This document shows positions 1 through 13,539 of a stretch of DNA of 62,817 nt, in pieces (position 1 is the stretch's first letter; the number at the start of each line of letters is the position of its first letter). The notes below the pieces were generated by a model that was not told the DNA's origin, made no database searches, and saw only the letters and a program-made list of their open reading frames with translations. Source of the stretch: Carcharhinus longimanus (taxonomy: Eukaryota). Made by a program: the position numbers and the translations under genes. The stretch spans positions 49,203,732 to 49,266,548 of the forward strand of contig JASCQW010000105.1 in NCBI GenBank assembly GCA_030264375.1, read 5' to 3'.

Positions 1-93
1 CCTGACGAAGGAGCAGCACTGTGGAAGCTAGTGGCTTTTGTTATCAAATAAACCTGTTGGACTTTAACCTGGTGTTGTGAGACTTCTTGCTGT
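1..93 (+). mobile_element. Penelope-like (PLE) pLTR fragment with degenerate hammerhead ribozyme motif
   Basis: CTGACGA-A-GGAGCAGCACTGT-GGAA-GCTAGTG then CAAATAAACCTGTTGGACTTTAACCTGGTGTTGTGAGACTTCTT; same family at 10633, 13540-13727 and 21568. Confidence 0.7.
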
Positions 94-1494
94 AAAAATC
101 TCACTGTGGCAATTTGAGAATTTGAATTCAGTTTAAAGAAATTAAGATGAAACTAAGAAACTAGTTGCATTGTTGTAAAAACCCATCTAGATCCCTGATG
201 TCTCTTATTTATTTGTATGAATCTAATCACACACCAATATAGTTGATTCTGATTGATCCATTTAGTTGCATTTAAAACTAGAGAAACTCCTAAAGAAGAC
301 CCACAATCACTTTCTCAGGACAGCTAGAGATGGACAACAAACATCAACTTTTCCAGTAGCAACCACATTTTAAAAATACATTTAAATAATATTACACTTA
401 TAATTAGGTATCAAGGTAAAGGCATTGCATTTTTCAAATCATTAACAGTACAAGCAAGATGACAGAGACATATTAAAATATTAACATGTACCCATTTGCA
501 GGAAACATATATTACCAGCATAATTCAACTTTGCATAAGGTCAAAAGCATCAACATTTAAGATGAGTGTTTAGTCAGCAGTTATTTCTGGCATGTTTTCT
601 AAGTGTGGATTGTAGACTTGTGACACAGCCTGCAATTTTATCTGAACAATAGCTATGATCCACTTCATTAATGTAAAGTCATCTAGTGACATCTAAATTT
701 AATCTTGATATGACATTATGATTTGTTATCTTTGATCCAATTGAAAGCAGTGAACAGGTAGTCATCTTCAAAATAGCAATTCTCCCTCTTTCCTTGAATT
801 TGCAGTGGCTATATTAAGCCAAGTTGATGGACTTAAAACATATAGGATAATCATAGCTTTTTTCATTTAATTGCTTACAGAAACAATTTACAGCTCTAAA
901 AATTACATGTTAACATATAAATGATCACATAACAAAACTAAACATGTAAAGACAAAAGAAATAATAAGCCTGAATCAAAGAAAGAAATGCTCTTTTAGGG
1001 GTTGAAATTATATGTAGACTAAAAGTAAAATACTCGCTGAGCGATTCACTGCTCATATTCATATCTTTTGTTTCATAGGGTTCTTGTTGTTGCTGAGAAG
1101 GCAAAATTGGGGAATGTTATCAGTGAGAGTCATAACATCACCTCAGGACTCTTGACAGCGTTATCTGTATGACAAATGAGCCGTAAAAGTGGAACACAAG
1201 AGAAAAGGCAATGTTACTCTTTTTGAAAAGATCACATAAACTAGACACAATTCTTAAAGTTAGACCATCACCGCACTGCAAATTAAGAGGAGGTTTCATA
1301 TAAAATTGTTTCTGGGAGAATCTGAAGAAGAATGGGCGAAGTGAAGTGATTCTTGAAAATAGTTTGGTGAAAATAAACAGTTTTGTATCGTACATTGTGA
1401 AGGTAAACAGGATCTCATTTTCTTGAAGAAGCTCCATAGCAATTCTGCATGGAAATCATGGGGCTGATAATAGTGGAGCAATGCTGGAAATCCG

Positions 1495-1522
1495 CCCCCC
1501 CCCCCTCCCTCCCCCCCTCCGC
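1495..1522. repeat. C-rich low-complexity run
   Basis: Poly-C / CCCT run. Confidence 0.8.
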
Positions 1523-2019
1523 CGACTATTAGCTGTTTAATGGATTTGCTAATAAGTTTGAGATAATAGGAGTAACATCTCCATTAAAATAGAATTCATC
1601 AAGATGTCATATGAATTCTTCCAGTCAAAGCATTTGTCCAGCCTTATTGCTAATTTTTAATCTTAGATTTTCTGTAGTAATTCCTGCTTGCTAGTTAGGT
1701 AAATAACAATTGCAACGTTTTCTTCCATATAACTATAATACAGAGGCTTGCAGCTTCATGGGTGCCAGTCAGCTTCTGAGAAGTTTCTGGAACAGAAACC
1801 TGAGCTCACCATGGTGATTCCCCACCCAGCTCCCTGAATGGTTCCCTGGGTCATATTCTGAATCCTTAATGGGACAACCACCACAATTTCCACTGCAACT
1901 ATCCAAATCTTTTATGATGAACTATCTGGTCACTAATAGAAAGTTGTTTTTTTTTACCTACTATGAAGCTCAGTTAAAATTATTCTGGAATTATCAGCAC
2001 CGAAACAGAATTATATTCA

Positions 2020-2425
2020 TAGATACCTTATCATGTCTCTTGCAAGTACCCCCAAATACATTTTATGTAACATATTGCATTGAAATGTAGTCATTGTAAC
2101 AATGGAGGCCAATATGTCAGTAAATTCCCAAACAGTAAGTAACCTCAAAACATAAAGATTTGAATAGTTTGCTTTACTTGATTGAGGGAGAAATATTGAA
2201 CAACATTTTGCGAAGAGAATTATTTGACTCTTTTTCAGGTAATACTTAGGGATTCTTAACTTCCACTTGAGCTATACCGGGCAGGTGCTCAGAATCTTGA
2301 GTCATACATCTCATCTGATGCACAGTGTGTCTGACAATGTGCCATTTCTGCACTGGAATTTCATCTGAAATTAGGTACTAGGGCTTGAAATCATTACCTA
2401 CTGTCTCAGAGGAAAGTGTTATCAA
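2020..2425 (-). mobile_element. Old DeuSINE-like SINE (SacSINE1/AmnSINE1 superfamily), degenerate
   Basis: Reverse-strand motifs TGATTGAGGGAGAAATATTG, ACATCTCATCTGA, TCTGACAATG, GGGCTTGAA resemble the Deu domain and a tRNA-like head. Confidence 0.5.
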
Positions 2426-2659
2426 AAGAGTCTAGCTTATACCTTGGGGGGAGACTTTAATCTACTCCACCCAGGGAGAATAGAGCTGAGGGACCTTTTA
2501 AAATGGAACTGCCTGTTTTGCTGACAGCCGTTTTAAGTGCTAACTGCAGATCAGAGGCACGTGCAACTGATGATGCAGGCCTCAACCTTATGCAGATGAC
2601 TGTCGCATTGTATCAATAAATCAGCATCACTCATCAGAGTGACATGCGTCAGTAACATT

Positions 2660-2845
2660 AGAGGTTTTCTCTTTTGATGAACTGTTAAGGTCAGACCCAG
2701 CTTGTCAGTTCAATTGGATAATGATGATTCAATTTGCAGAAGTGTAAAAAATCCTACTGGATATTCTCTGAGCCAATAAATGAGCATTTGGTCATTTACC
2801 TAATCACTATAAAATTGCTGCTGTTTGTGACTAAATAGCAACAAT
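2660..2845 (+). mobile_element. Degenerate DeuSINE-like fragment
   Basis: TTTTGATGAACTGTTAAGG...GGTCATT...AAATTGCTGCTG resembles the Deu core. Confidence 0.35.
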
Positions 2846-3456
2846 TTAAAATCAATGTCCCAGATCTTCCCATCCGTAAGAAGTGAGCTTTCCATCGTGA
2901 CTGTGATTTAATCTGCTCATTCGCCATGCTGCATGGGAGCCGTCATATCTTCATGTTGAGGCTACAGGTTGAATCCAGACATGAACATGTCACAAGGTCA
3001 AGAGAGGGGCAGAGTTCCAGTGAGGTCACATTACTTTTTGTTATCACTGCAGATTCAGGTCCACTTTCAGATCATTGATGGTTTTTCAGTGGACCTATCA
3101 ACCTCTGAAACTACAGAGCCTCCTTCCTCACCCTCTGACAATGTTCACCCCTCCCTCCCCCATCTCGGTGGTTAACTTTATAGTATTAGCCATCGAGTGG
3201 TGGCCATTTTTGATCTGTGTCTTCACATTTTTAAATCAAGTGTACTTTAAACAGTTCAATATGTCTGTGATGAGTTAGTGAAATTGTAGATACGTCTCAT
3301 TCCGTTACAATTTCCTGTCATTGTGACAGAAGTATAAAATCTTTCTGTGTAAGTTCTCTGCATGTGCACACGACAGGGTCCTCAGGATCTCTAGGCACAT
3401 CAGCGACTCACACTGGGTTGTCGCTTTCTTTATTGGAACATGCAGGGCATTGTCTT

Positions 3457-3792
3457 ATCATAGAATCCCTACAGTGCAGAAGGTTGTCATTTGGCCTATC
3501 AGGGCTGCAAGTCTGCACTGAATCTCTAAAGAGCATCTTATCTAGACTTCCCTCCCCTTCACCCCCACCCTATCTCCATAACCCAGTGCATTTACCATCG
3601 TTAATCCAGCTAACTTACACACTAGGGACAATTTAGTAGAACAAATCTACCTAATCTACTGATTTTTGAACGGTGGAAGGAAACAGGAGCACCAGGAGGA
3701 AACCCATGCAGACACAAGGAGAACGTGCAAACTACACATGGACGATAACCTAGTATCAAACCTGATGCTGTGAGGCCAGCCACTGTGCCATC
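3457..3792 (-). mobile_element. HE1-type V-SINE
   Basis: CATAGAATCCCTACAGTGCAGAAG tail, GGAGCACCAGGAGGAAACCCATGCAGACAC V-domain, CCACTGTGCC head. Confidence 0.85.
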
Positions 3793-4119
3793 AATATGTC
3801 TCAATGTAGCTCTCTGAGATATGTTGACATTGATATAATTATTTGATTTCATTTTTCTTGCTATTGAATATTTTTACATTTTTATTTATCACCATATGAG
3901 TATATTGTGCACACCAAGCTGAAAGAAAGATATCATGCATAACCTAACCAGACAATATTTATCTCACCCCTGAGTTATTTGACTAGCTGATACAGGAGGG
4001 AAAACTGGAACAGAATACTCATGAGAACAATTTGCAAATATAGCCTGCTCAAAGATAAGCTGTCAAAAGGACAGATGGACTGAAGTGGGCATGGCAATAC
4101 AGGAACTGGTTTAGCATTG

Positions 4120-4415
4120 GAAGAACAAAAGAAAGGTTCGTATGTTGTCCAGTCTTGATTCTCAAGCAATGGCGTAGATGTAAGTTGAGGAAAACCAAAG
4201 GGTGTTGGCAATCTGGAACTTACTGCTTGAAAGGATGGTAGAGACATGAACGCTCACAACACTTAGGAAGTATTTAGATGAGCACTTGAAATGCTATAGC
4301 ATACAAGGCTACGTGCCAAGTGCTTGATAATGGGATCAGAATAGAATGGTGCTTGATAGCTGGCACAGCCATGATAGGCTGAAAGGCTTCTTTCTGTGCT
4401 GTAAACTCCATGGCT
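4120..4415 (+). mobile_element. CR1/HER1 LINE 3' end
   Basis: ATCTGGAACT...TTTAGATGAGCACTTGAA...GGCTGAAAGGC...TGTGCTGTA, a typical CR1 ORF2 end and 3' UTR. Confidence 0.7.
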
Positions 4416-5699
4416 TTATGAATGGTGAAAGTTAATGCCAAAAAGAGAGACAGGAACAAGGGAGCCAGGAAATGTCTTGCACTGCAGGAGTTATTCATAA
4501 TGATCACCTCTGGCAGATTAGCATTCAGGACATAAAACATGCGTGGGTGTCAAAAGTAAATGCACATGAACTGCGATTTGTTTCAAAGGGCAAACACTTG
4601 AAATTCATCAAGATTTTCATCATTATTTCAGAATTTTGCCTCTTTGGGAAGAAATGAAGAAATCAGGAACAAAGCGGCATAATCTACAACATCTGCGGAC
4701 AAGAAAGTCACCTTGAAAATCATCTAAGCTCCTTCCTTCTTTCCTATTTTAATCTGATCAGAAAGAAGCTGAGAGATAGGAAAAAGTAAAATTATAGTTT
4801 ATGATCTTAGCGAACTGCACTGTATTTTCACATTTCATGTTAAAATTATATACTTTTTCTGTCCCATGTGTTTGTGCATTGATATAAAATAGAAATAAAC
4901 ATTCATTTGCTGAACACTTTCTGATCTGGGGTTAATCTAAGGATATCTGTAATAACAATAATGTCTTCCGTTATTACTGGAATGGCAGTAAGTGAAAAAT
5001 GTTAACTTTATTAGGTCCCGTTATTGGTGCAGGATATTGTGAGTTTGGCCAAAGATTTGGGTATCATCACAAAGGTAGTTTCAATGGTAAGGATACCATT
5101 TGCTGCTAAAAATGGTGTTTGTGCATGCAAGCAGACTTCCAGCCTGGTCCATGCTGGACAGCATCTTGATAAGGGCAATAGCATAGGCATCAGGAAATTG
5201 GAGCAGGAATATGTAAAATAGACAGGTTGGGATGTCATCTGTTGTGTACTGTTGATTAGATGCCGGTGCTGTTATTTTTGGTCTTGCTGCTCCAGCTAAC
5301 GCCCTCTCTTTACACAGGCAGATGGACATGCATTTAACATCAGTAAAACTTACTGTGCCCTGCACCACTAAATAGCGATATTTTAAGGGAGTCATCGACA
5401 ACTTGCAGATTCATTTTGATTCATCTCTACTGATTTTGTTTGGGTTTGTGTAAGTGCATGGTAGTTTGAAGAGTTGTTGAAGTTGGCAGAGAATGGAGCT
5501 GCATCTGGAGAAGAGTCTGGTTGTGTCTACAAAGATTCTGATCAGACCATTTGATGTCAGTCATGGCTTCCATAGTTGCATTCACCCTTTGACTTCACAT
5601 GGGCTGGGGAGGGGGGGTGTGATGAAGTAAAGGCAACAAAGAAGAGTACAAACTGCTCAACAAGGATGGGAGAGATGTGGAGTGGGAGTGGGAGGGGGT

Positions 5700-6050
5700 G
5701 GGGGAAAGATACTCAGCTGGAAATCTTAACTATCTCGGATTTTCTAGGAGCACTTCTCTCACCTTCATCTAAAAGAGGGTCAGTCTGTGTATCATTTGCC
5801 CTTTACAAAGAAGGCACTCACAGATCTCGGTTGCCTTCCAAGTAGACTTGCAACATATGAGATGGGCAAGGACGATGCTGCCAATGGCTATGATAGAGAC
5901 TGGCCTTGTATTTCTTTTCACTGGGGTCTTTCCAGGCTGGAACCAGCGATATATCCTAACATTCCTCAGTTTACCGCAAACAGATTCTTCAGAGAGCTGA
6001 TAGGTGCTCTTCAATCAGAAAATGAGAATTCATTGTGTGCTTTTTATGAT
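5700..6050 (+). pseudogene. PIF/Harbinger transposase N-terminal relic
   Basis: Frameshifted HLPFTKKALTDL ... LPMAM ... FTGVF(Q) resembles the HARBI1-family N-terminus. Confidence 0.5.
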
Positions 6051-6829
6051 CTTCGTAAAGACCAATAACTTATTAAAAATAAATAAATCCCCATAATGCC
6101 AATAGTGTGAAAACTGATGGACAGAATATCACTTTTTAAACCTTTTACTGTAACAAACCAACTAAAATCAGGATATGTTAAACAGTAATTAACTGGCAAA
6201 TGATATAAAAAGTTAACTTTCAATTTAAATAATTGATTCACTAAAGATATGACCCGTGATTACAAACACTTGCATTAATTCTCTCAAAATTGTGACCCCA
6301 TATACAATCACTGTCTTTCCAACTTAGCCTCTTTAATGTCTGCAAAGATATTGCTTTGGCCACTTGCTCTCAGTCAAGAGTTTTACCATTGCAATCACCC
6401 TTGGACGTCAGCATGAGAGATGATGATATCTCACATATTCCTCAATTGATTTGACCCTCAAGTCACGTTCACCAGCAGCTGTTTTCAAACCAAAGTCCCC
6501 AGTCTTGTTGACACCAAGACATTTCTACAAATCCTCTCTCACTCAAGTTATGACAGTCCTGAAGCCATGGAATACTCAGAGGCCTGTTTCTCTCCAGCCC
6601 TATTAAATGGTTCAATTGACTCTGGCAAAACTGAAACAGCAGCAGTGGGAATTGTTTAATCCACAATTGCCTGCTCGCCATGCTTCAGCCCTCTGACCTT
6701 TCCTACTGTTTAACACGCACAACAAGACAGTCCCCATTCTATTCAGACAACCCTGCTTCAACACCAAGATTTGGTTTGAACTGCAGGTTCTGTTTTGAAC
6801 TGTCTATCATGAGTCAGGCTGGTAGCAAT

Positions 6830-7600
6830 TAGCTTTCCGTTTACCCTTTTCTTCTGAGCTTTTCATCCCCATGGAAACCTTAGATCACAGGGCTATTTAT
6901 TGGAGTGTATCTGTCTGCTAGGAAATTCACTTACACCCCTTTCAGAATACATGCTAGTTTCAATTTGGTTTTAAAGAGGACATTGCATTAAAAGAAAATC
7001 CCACAGCACATGGATCATCACAGTTCCCCGAATAGAGAGAAACAGGCAGAGCATACATGCGGTTTTGCCAGGGTACTGAACTTTCCCATAGTGCAGAGAA
7101 CCATCAATTGCAAACACATGCTTTTGCAGGCAGCACACCACAACGTTGACATGTGCCATAACTGCAAAGTTTACCACTCATTGAATCTGAAGTTGGTGTA
7201 TGACTATACTTAGCACATCAAGCTGGTAAATGCCCATTATTCTCACAACTGTGATGCTACTTTCATTCTCTGACAGTGCACTTATCTCTGAACCACCATA
7301 CTAAAGGGTGACTGGCAGCAAAAGCTATCTGACTTACACCTGGCTTGTGTCTCTAATCCGCATCCCATGTGGCTAGCAATATAAAATGGGACTCATACAT
7401 GAAACGTCATAGAACAGCCTATGGAATCGCTGATGAAATCCTTCTGCTGTCTAGACAGCTAAGGCAAAAGAGCCTTATACTCACAAGAATACTTGTCCTG
7501 ATTCATGATGTCTGCTATGTCCTTCACACTTTGACTCTGAAGGCACAACCCTTGCCACTCGGCATATGTCAAGCAAGTCTGCAGATGGAGGAGTAAGCAG
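6830..7600 (+). pseudogene. PIF/Harbinger (HARBI1-like) DDE transposase relic
   Basis: ORF 7010-7213 GFARVLNFPIVQRTINCKHM...NCKVYHSLNLKLVYD matches family motifs FPxVQGAIDCTH / NRKGYHSLNVQLVCD; degenerate downstream HDAFIL-, KGY-WL- and IEQ..FRCLD-like motifs. Confidence 0.75.
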
Positions 7601-8051
7601 AAGGGGGAAAGGAGAAGGAGGAAGTGAGGAGAAAGAGAAAGGGGTTGGGAGGGAAGAGACACTTGGCATATCGCTGTGTCAGCCAGGCCATTGGTGATTG
7701 CCTTGTTCCACTATAGTTCTCATAAACACCTCAATCCCCATTGTACAAAGGCACACTCTTCACTATCTCCCTGACATGAACAATTAAAGTGCCTTTCTGC
7801 CACAACATTGAAACAAAGCCATCACAAAACAATGATTCCAAACCAACTTTGTGAAATAAGCTCTCCAATCGGATAATTGTCCCTATGCATTCCCTCATCT
7901 TGTGCTGCCTTTGACTGGCCTCATGCTCCAACGCAGCACCTCTGCTCCCAGTTCATGATGCGCTATATTTCTGCAATTTGAAGGTAACTCAATTGTTCCT
8001 TTGCAGAATTTTACATGTTTCTGGCTGGCTTCACCACTGAGAAAATAGAAT

Positions 8052-8212
8052 AGAACTTACATTGATATAGCACCTTTCACAGTTTCAGGAAATCGCAAAG
8101 CATTTTACAGCCAATGCAATACTTTTGAAAAGCAGTCACTGTTGTAATGTAAGAAACACAACTACTTTGTGCACAGAAAGATTCCAGACAGCATGAGGTA
8201 AATGACCAGATC
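8052..8212 (-). mobile_element. DeuSINE/L2-tail SINE 3' fragment
   Basis: AACTTACATTGATATAGCACCTTT...CAAAGCATTTTACAGCCAATG...GTCACTGTTGTAATGTA. Confidence 0.6.
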
Positions 8213-9139
8213 CAGATCATGGTCTAGAAATTGAACCCCATCATATTGGGCTGCTTCTAGTAATTTTCCATGAGTAGGCTATGACTGCTGAGAATGTGCA
8301 GCTGTGTATATGCCACAACACTGCAGTCTGCAGGAAGGATGTGCTTAATTACAAAGTACAGTAAAACAAGCATGCAAAGTCACAACCAAATGCATGCAAT
8401 GTCTGCAAATATGGCTCTCCACTCCCTGTGACTGTGGGATTGTCCCTATACACTCAGTTCCCACACTCAAGATGACCTCCAGTCTTTAAATTTTCTTTGA
8501 GGAGTAACTTTTTTTCTGTATTCTATACATAAGAATGCTATCCTGTACCAAAATGTACAAAGGAGTACAAATGAGATTCATTTTGAGGTACATGTCTTGT
8601 ACGCCTGTCGTCCATTTGGTGAGTTTATAACGAATGCTTACCCTACTCCTCAGCCTCAGATTGTGTTGAGATGCTCTCTGAGGAGCAATTATAACAGGAT
8701 GGAGGTCACAACCCTGTGAGAGATGGAGTCACATCTAGTAATGTATTGGCAGTCAGGGCTCACTCTCTGGATTTTCTTTAATCTTTTGAGGAATTAGGAC
8801 GATATCCAAACCCCTTGTGGTATGTCACCTGATTGCTAGGCACCCCAAAAAGGAGATGAGAGCAGTGTGTGGAATATTTTCAATGTGGTTTCACAAGTCT
8901 TTTCAACCGATTTTTCTGTCAAACCCAATAAAGATAGACTGCTGTAACTGGGTGTTACAGCAGTCTGTAACTGGGGAACTCAATGATTCCAATGCTCGTG
9001 ATGGAATGTTATTATTCATTCATTACCTTACTGCTTTGGGCCTGCAGTTGCTATGAAACTGTGAACTTCTTTATAGTAGTTGCAAGTGTGTGTTGCTACA
9101 GGTACACTGTTAACAATGTCAGCAGTCAGTTTTTTAAAA

Positions 9140-9515
9140 ATTAATTTACAAGATGTGGGCAGCCCTGACCTGACCAACATTTATTCTCATCCCAATTGCC
9201 CTTCAGAAAGTGGTGATGAGCTGCCTTTTCAAACCATTGCAGTCTCTGATATATAGTGGCACCCACTGTGCTGTTAGGGAGGGAATTCCAGGATTTTGAC
9301 CCAGCGACAGTGAAAGAACAGCGATATTTTTCCAAGTCAGAATGGTGAGTGACTTGGAGGGGTACATCTAGAAGGTCGCGTTCTTAAATATCTGTTGCTC
9401 TTGTCCTTTTAGATTGCAGCGATCGTGGTTTTGGAAGGTTCTCCCAAAGGAATCTTGGTGAGTTTCTGCAGTGCACCTTGCAAATGGTACACGCAGCTGC
9501 CACTGTTCATTGGTG
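9140..9515 (-). mobile_element. CR1/L2-group LINE 3' fragment
   Basis: Minus ORF SFTVAGSKSWNSLPNSTVG...LQWFEKAAHHHFLKG; related fragment at 33060-33380. Confidence 0.75.
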
Positions 9516-10306
9516 GTGAATCATTTCCACCACTAAAGTCATCAGTGCTGCATTCATCGTTCTGGAACCCTCTCTTGGCTATTGTATTCAGTTCACCATC
9601 GTGTATTTGCAGCAATATTCTTCAGTGCAGTTACCCTTTGAGACAGTTAACCTACTTTTAAGAGGGGCAGATGGGCTGCTTCGTGTGGTTCCTGAACAGA
9701 CTAAGCGCAGGCGACACACACGACCACTTAGCCAGTTACTATAATCCTCTGGATGTATCAAATTTGCAAGCTTCATACCTTGATGTGAACAGACACAGAC
9801 AGGTCACACATGGCAACCATCCCCATGCAGAAAAGAGTGTAAGCCAATTGCTAGCTCAATGTACGCCCCTTTAGAGTAACAAGCTGCAGCTATGTTCCAC
9901 AATTTCTTCCAAGTGTGTTTTAAAGAGTCTTTTTGTTAGAAAACGAAGGTTTGGGCACCATACAACCCAGAGAAGCTTGCTGCATGAACATCTGCAGGAT
10001 TATCCTTGATCTTTTCTCCAATCACCCATCCTGAACGTTACTATTTTTTATTTGGATTATTGCACGTTCAGATTGACCTTCTGCAGCTATTCATAATAAT
10101 CAGCATATTTTATCATTGGCTTACTATTTAGTTGATTAGAATTGTAATAAAATTGTAAGACCATTAATATATCCATCAAGGATCTCAATTTGTACCAAAA
10201 TGGAGGTTGCTGTTCTCAAGTTCAATGTAATCAGACACACACTTTGCCTCAACAGTCCCACTTGTCATTTGGATCAACTCTGATTCAGTTCAAGTTTTAG
10301 TTTGTC

Positions 10307-10749
10307 AATCTTTTTGACTAAACAAATAAACTAAATCAAATTCACTGAGGGACAAATAAAAAGGGAAATCCCCAAAAAGAAGTGAACCGCCTGAACCTAA
10401 AAACAAATCAGAAAGGAAACTTAAAACATTAAACCAAAATGTGATTAAAGGGGTCACTAATACACCCCAGCTCCTGCGGTGCCCAACGAGCACAGAAGGC
10501 CTCAATGGAGCGCTGGACACCACATGGTCCAGGGATACCCGGCTACAAATGTAGCCATGGTAGAGGGGCAGGCAGTCGGGCTGGACAACCCCCTTGGTCA
10601 CCCACTGCCTGGGCCTGTTGATGGCAAGTTTGCTACAAATAAACCTGTTGGACTTTAAGCTGGTGTTGTGAGACTTCTTTCTGTTTTACTCCAGTCCAAT
10701 GCCTCTTCTCCACATGATGGCAAGTTTGGCCAGGCCCAGCAACAGGTTG
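10307..10749 (-). mobile_element. 5'-truncated Tx1-clade LINE 3' end with 15-bp TSD
   Basis: LLLGLAKLAINR..Q..GVVQPDCLPLYHGY, homologous to 45394-45714; AAGTTTTAGTTTGTC duplicated at 10292-10306 and 10750-10764. Confidence 0.8.
10633..10714 (+). mobile_element. Penelope-like terminal fragment nested in Tx1, 14-bp TSD
   Basis: CAAATAAACCTGTTGGACTTTAAGCTGGTGTTGTGAGACTTC...TCTCCACA flanked by TGATGGCAAGTTTG at 10619-10632 and 10715-10728. Confidence 0.75.
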
Positions 10750-11794
10750 AAGTTTTAGTTTGTCCATGCATGCATTGATACGTGTAACATCCTAATAATT
10801 AATACTCATTGGCTAGTGAGTGAAGGAATCTACTGACACCACACGGCAATGCCAATTTTTCATTTTTAAAACACAATGAAGAATGTATTGTGCTGGACTA
10901 TTTCTCTTTTCTTAGGTCTCATGTTTTAATAATGCTTTATCAAGTACAAAAGCAGGTGTAGCTTGCTCATAACCTCAGGAATGATAGAACTGGTGCCAAC
11001 CTCACTTCAACAGCAATGCTAGCATAGACTGAATCTGGGACAATCGCCCTTTAATTCAGTGCAAACAGATGCTTATCGCATGGGTGAGAGAGTTTTCTAC
11101 ATGGGTGACTGGATCTATTTGGCATGTGCACAGAATATAACCCCTCCAGCTATCAAACATACAAATATTAACGAGCTATCCATTGCACTAATAGCAGCAT
11201 GTTATTGAGCACCCTGTGGAAGGAATACAGGATGCAACTCTTCAAAAACAACACTACCATAATCTACATCATTAATAAGAAGTGTTATAATACTGTGGTG
11301 ATTTAAATATTTGACTTCCCTAGGTTTGCGATGCAACTTAACATCTTTTATCATTCATCTTTGCACCAGGAACTTGCAACAATCGAGCTGATGCTATTTC
11401 TAGATTTCCTTTTCCAAGAATGTTAATAACATTTCCAATCCTCTGAGACTGCTATAAATGAGATTGTAACTATTGGTTACCAGGGCACATGTCTGCAGGA
11501 TTTGTGTTTTTTTTATTCTCACAAATTACTGGTTTCCACACAGAATAAGGCCCAGAGCTCAGAGAGTGACAGTGAGACCTGCTTGCAGCATTAGCCAGAT
11601 GCATAAATCAGTCCCATACACTGAAATACTGCACTTGTGCAAACAGGGAACAGCGCTCCAATCCTGATCTCAATTGCTGAATCATGAATTCACAGGACTC
11701 GATTTTCATCTATTTTTCAATTGGGAGAATATTCCACCTTCCGTTGTAATTTGTGTCTCGAACAACATTGTGAAAATGTGTGGTTTTCAAATGT

Positions 11795-12872
11795 GCCCAT
11801 TATGGAAATAGTCTGTTGCTAGTTGCGATGGCAATATAAATGAAAGGTATTACTCTTGAGGGACTATAGAAACAGAGAGACCTGAGGGAATATGTGCACA
11901 AATTGTTGAAGGAAGCAGGGCAGATTGCGAAAGCAGTTAAAAAGGCAGAGGGATTTCTGTATTTTATTAATAAAGACACAAAGTACAAAAGGAAAGAAGT
12001 TGCAAGAGTTTTTTTAAACTCTAATTCAGCCTCAATTGCAACATTAGGCAGGATTTTCAATTGTGGGTTGGAAACCCAGCTACAGGTTTAGCTCTGGGTC
12101 ATGACCCCGCAGGGGGTGTTCCCAGCAGACCCACCTGGAATTTAAAGAGTCAAACCAATTAATCAAGGAGCAGCTGGCAATGGGAGGGCCACCAGCACTG
12201 GCTATCTCCACTGCTGACTGGATATTTCAGTAGGCGTGGAATTTACCAATAATTGGCTGAAATTGGCAGTCTGCTGCTTCCTGGAAGGCAGTTATTCCAG
12301 CTCTGAGCTTCCCACATTGGAAATAGCTTATTGTTGGGATTGTGGTAGGAAAACAATACACGGCCAATAGTGTAAGATTGTACACCTGATCGCAGCTCCA
12401 ACACATTTATAAATCCATGTCCTAGTGTCCAATTCTGGGTGGCACACTTTTGGCAGTAGAGAGAACATGAAAAAGGGACTTACAAGAATGTTTTCAGAGT
12501 TGAGAATTACATGGATAGATTGGAGAAGCTGGGGTCCTCTTTAATGAAGACAAGATTGCGAGGAAATTTGATTAAAGTGTTCAACGTCATGGGGGATAAA
12601 ATAGATTGAGGCAAAACTATTCTCATTGGCTGAATGGCCAAGAAGCAGAGGACAGTGATTGATTGGAATTTGAAATGCACTATCTGAGAGAGAATGATGG
12701 AAACAAATCCATTCAGGCTTTTCAAAAGGAATTGGACAGTATGATATGGGAAAAGATTTGCAGAACCGCAGCTGTAAGATGGGGAATGGGACTCACTCTT
12801 TCAGAGGGCCAGAATGGATACAAGGAGCCAAATAGCCTCCTTTCGTGCCATAACTATTCTCTGATTGTATGA
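11795..12872 (+). mobile_element. Degenerate CR1 ORF2 3' part, interrupted at about 12045-12410
   Basis: QRDLREYVHK..AVKKA..FINKDTKYK; later VQFW, RLEKLG and a CR1-type 3' UTR. Confidence 0.7.
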
Positions 12873-13539
12873 GATAGATTACACAATTACCATACAGCTA
12901 AAATAATGATCTTTTAATACTCCTCAAGCAATTAAGAAGCCACTTAACCAATTCTGAAATCCAAATATATGTTAATCCAGCTGGAGAGTGCTCAGTGTAT
13001 GCAGTAATGGTTTAATTGTAATAGAAGAAAACCCAGGTTACTAACTAATCCCTTTATATGCTCGCAATCACATTCTGGAGTATATGCATTTTTGCTGGGA
13101 TAGGTCATCCTTTAAATTATCTAAGGAGGTAATACACATGGCAATTCACCACTGAAACAAACACTGAGTTAATTACTCAGAAGACCTGGGAGCTTACATG
13201 ACTTTAAGCAGAAGCAAGGTATGAATATTAATGTTATGTAGCAGCACAGGTATGAACATGACAGAATAGACTCATTGTTAAAGATTATATACAAAAAATA
13301 TTGTGTCAACACAGAACTATTAGCAAAGATATGGCTAATAGGTAGTAGTGGGAGTGAAAATAGCAAGGTTACACAAATTACAAGAGACATTCCATGATGG
13401 AAAAAGAATTCTGTGCATTAATCACCAAGTCTGAATTCACACCTCTCTAATATTTAGAGACAAACCTTGCATATACAGAAGGTTTCTGTATGTACCAAGC
13501 TATGGGCTCTGACATAAAACAATACCGGGAAGAAATGAA

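Noticed and set aside
5011-5401. Overlapping ORFs of 65-106 aa
   Set aside because: No recognisable domain or convincing splice sites.
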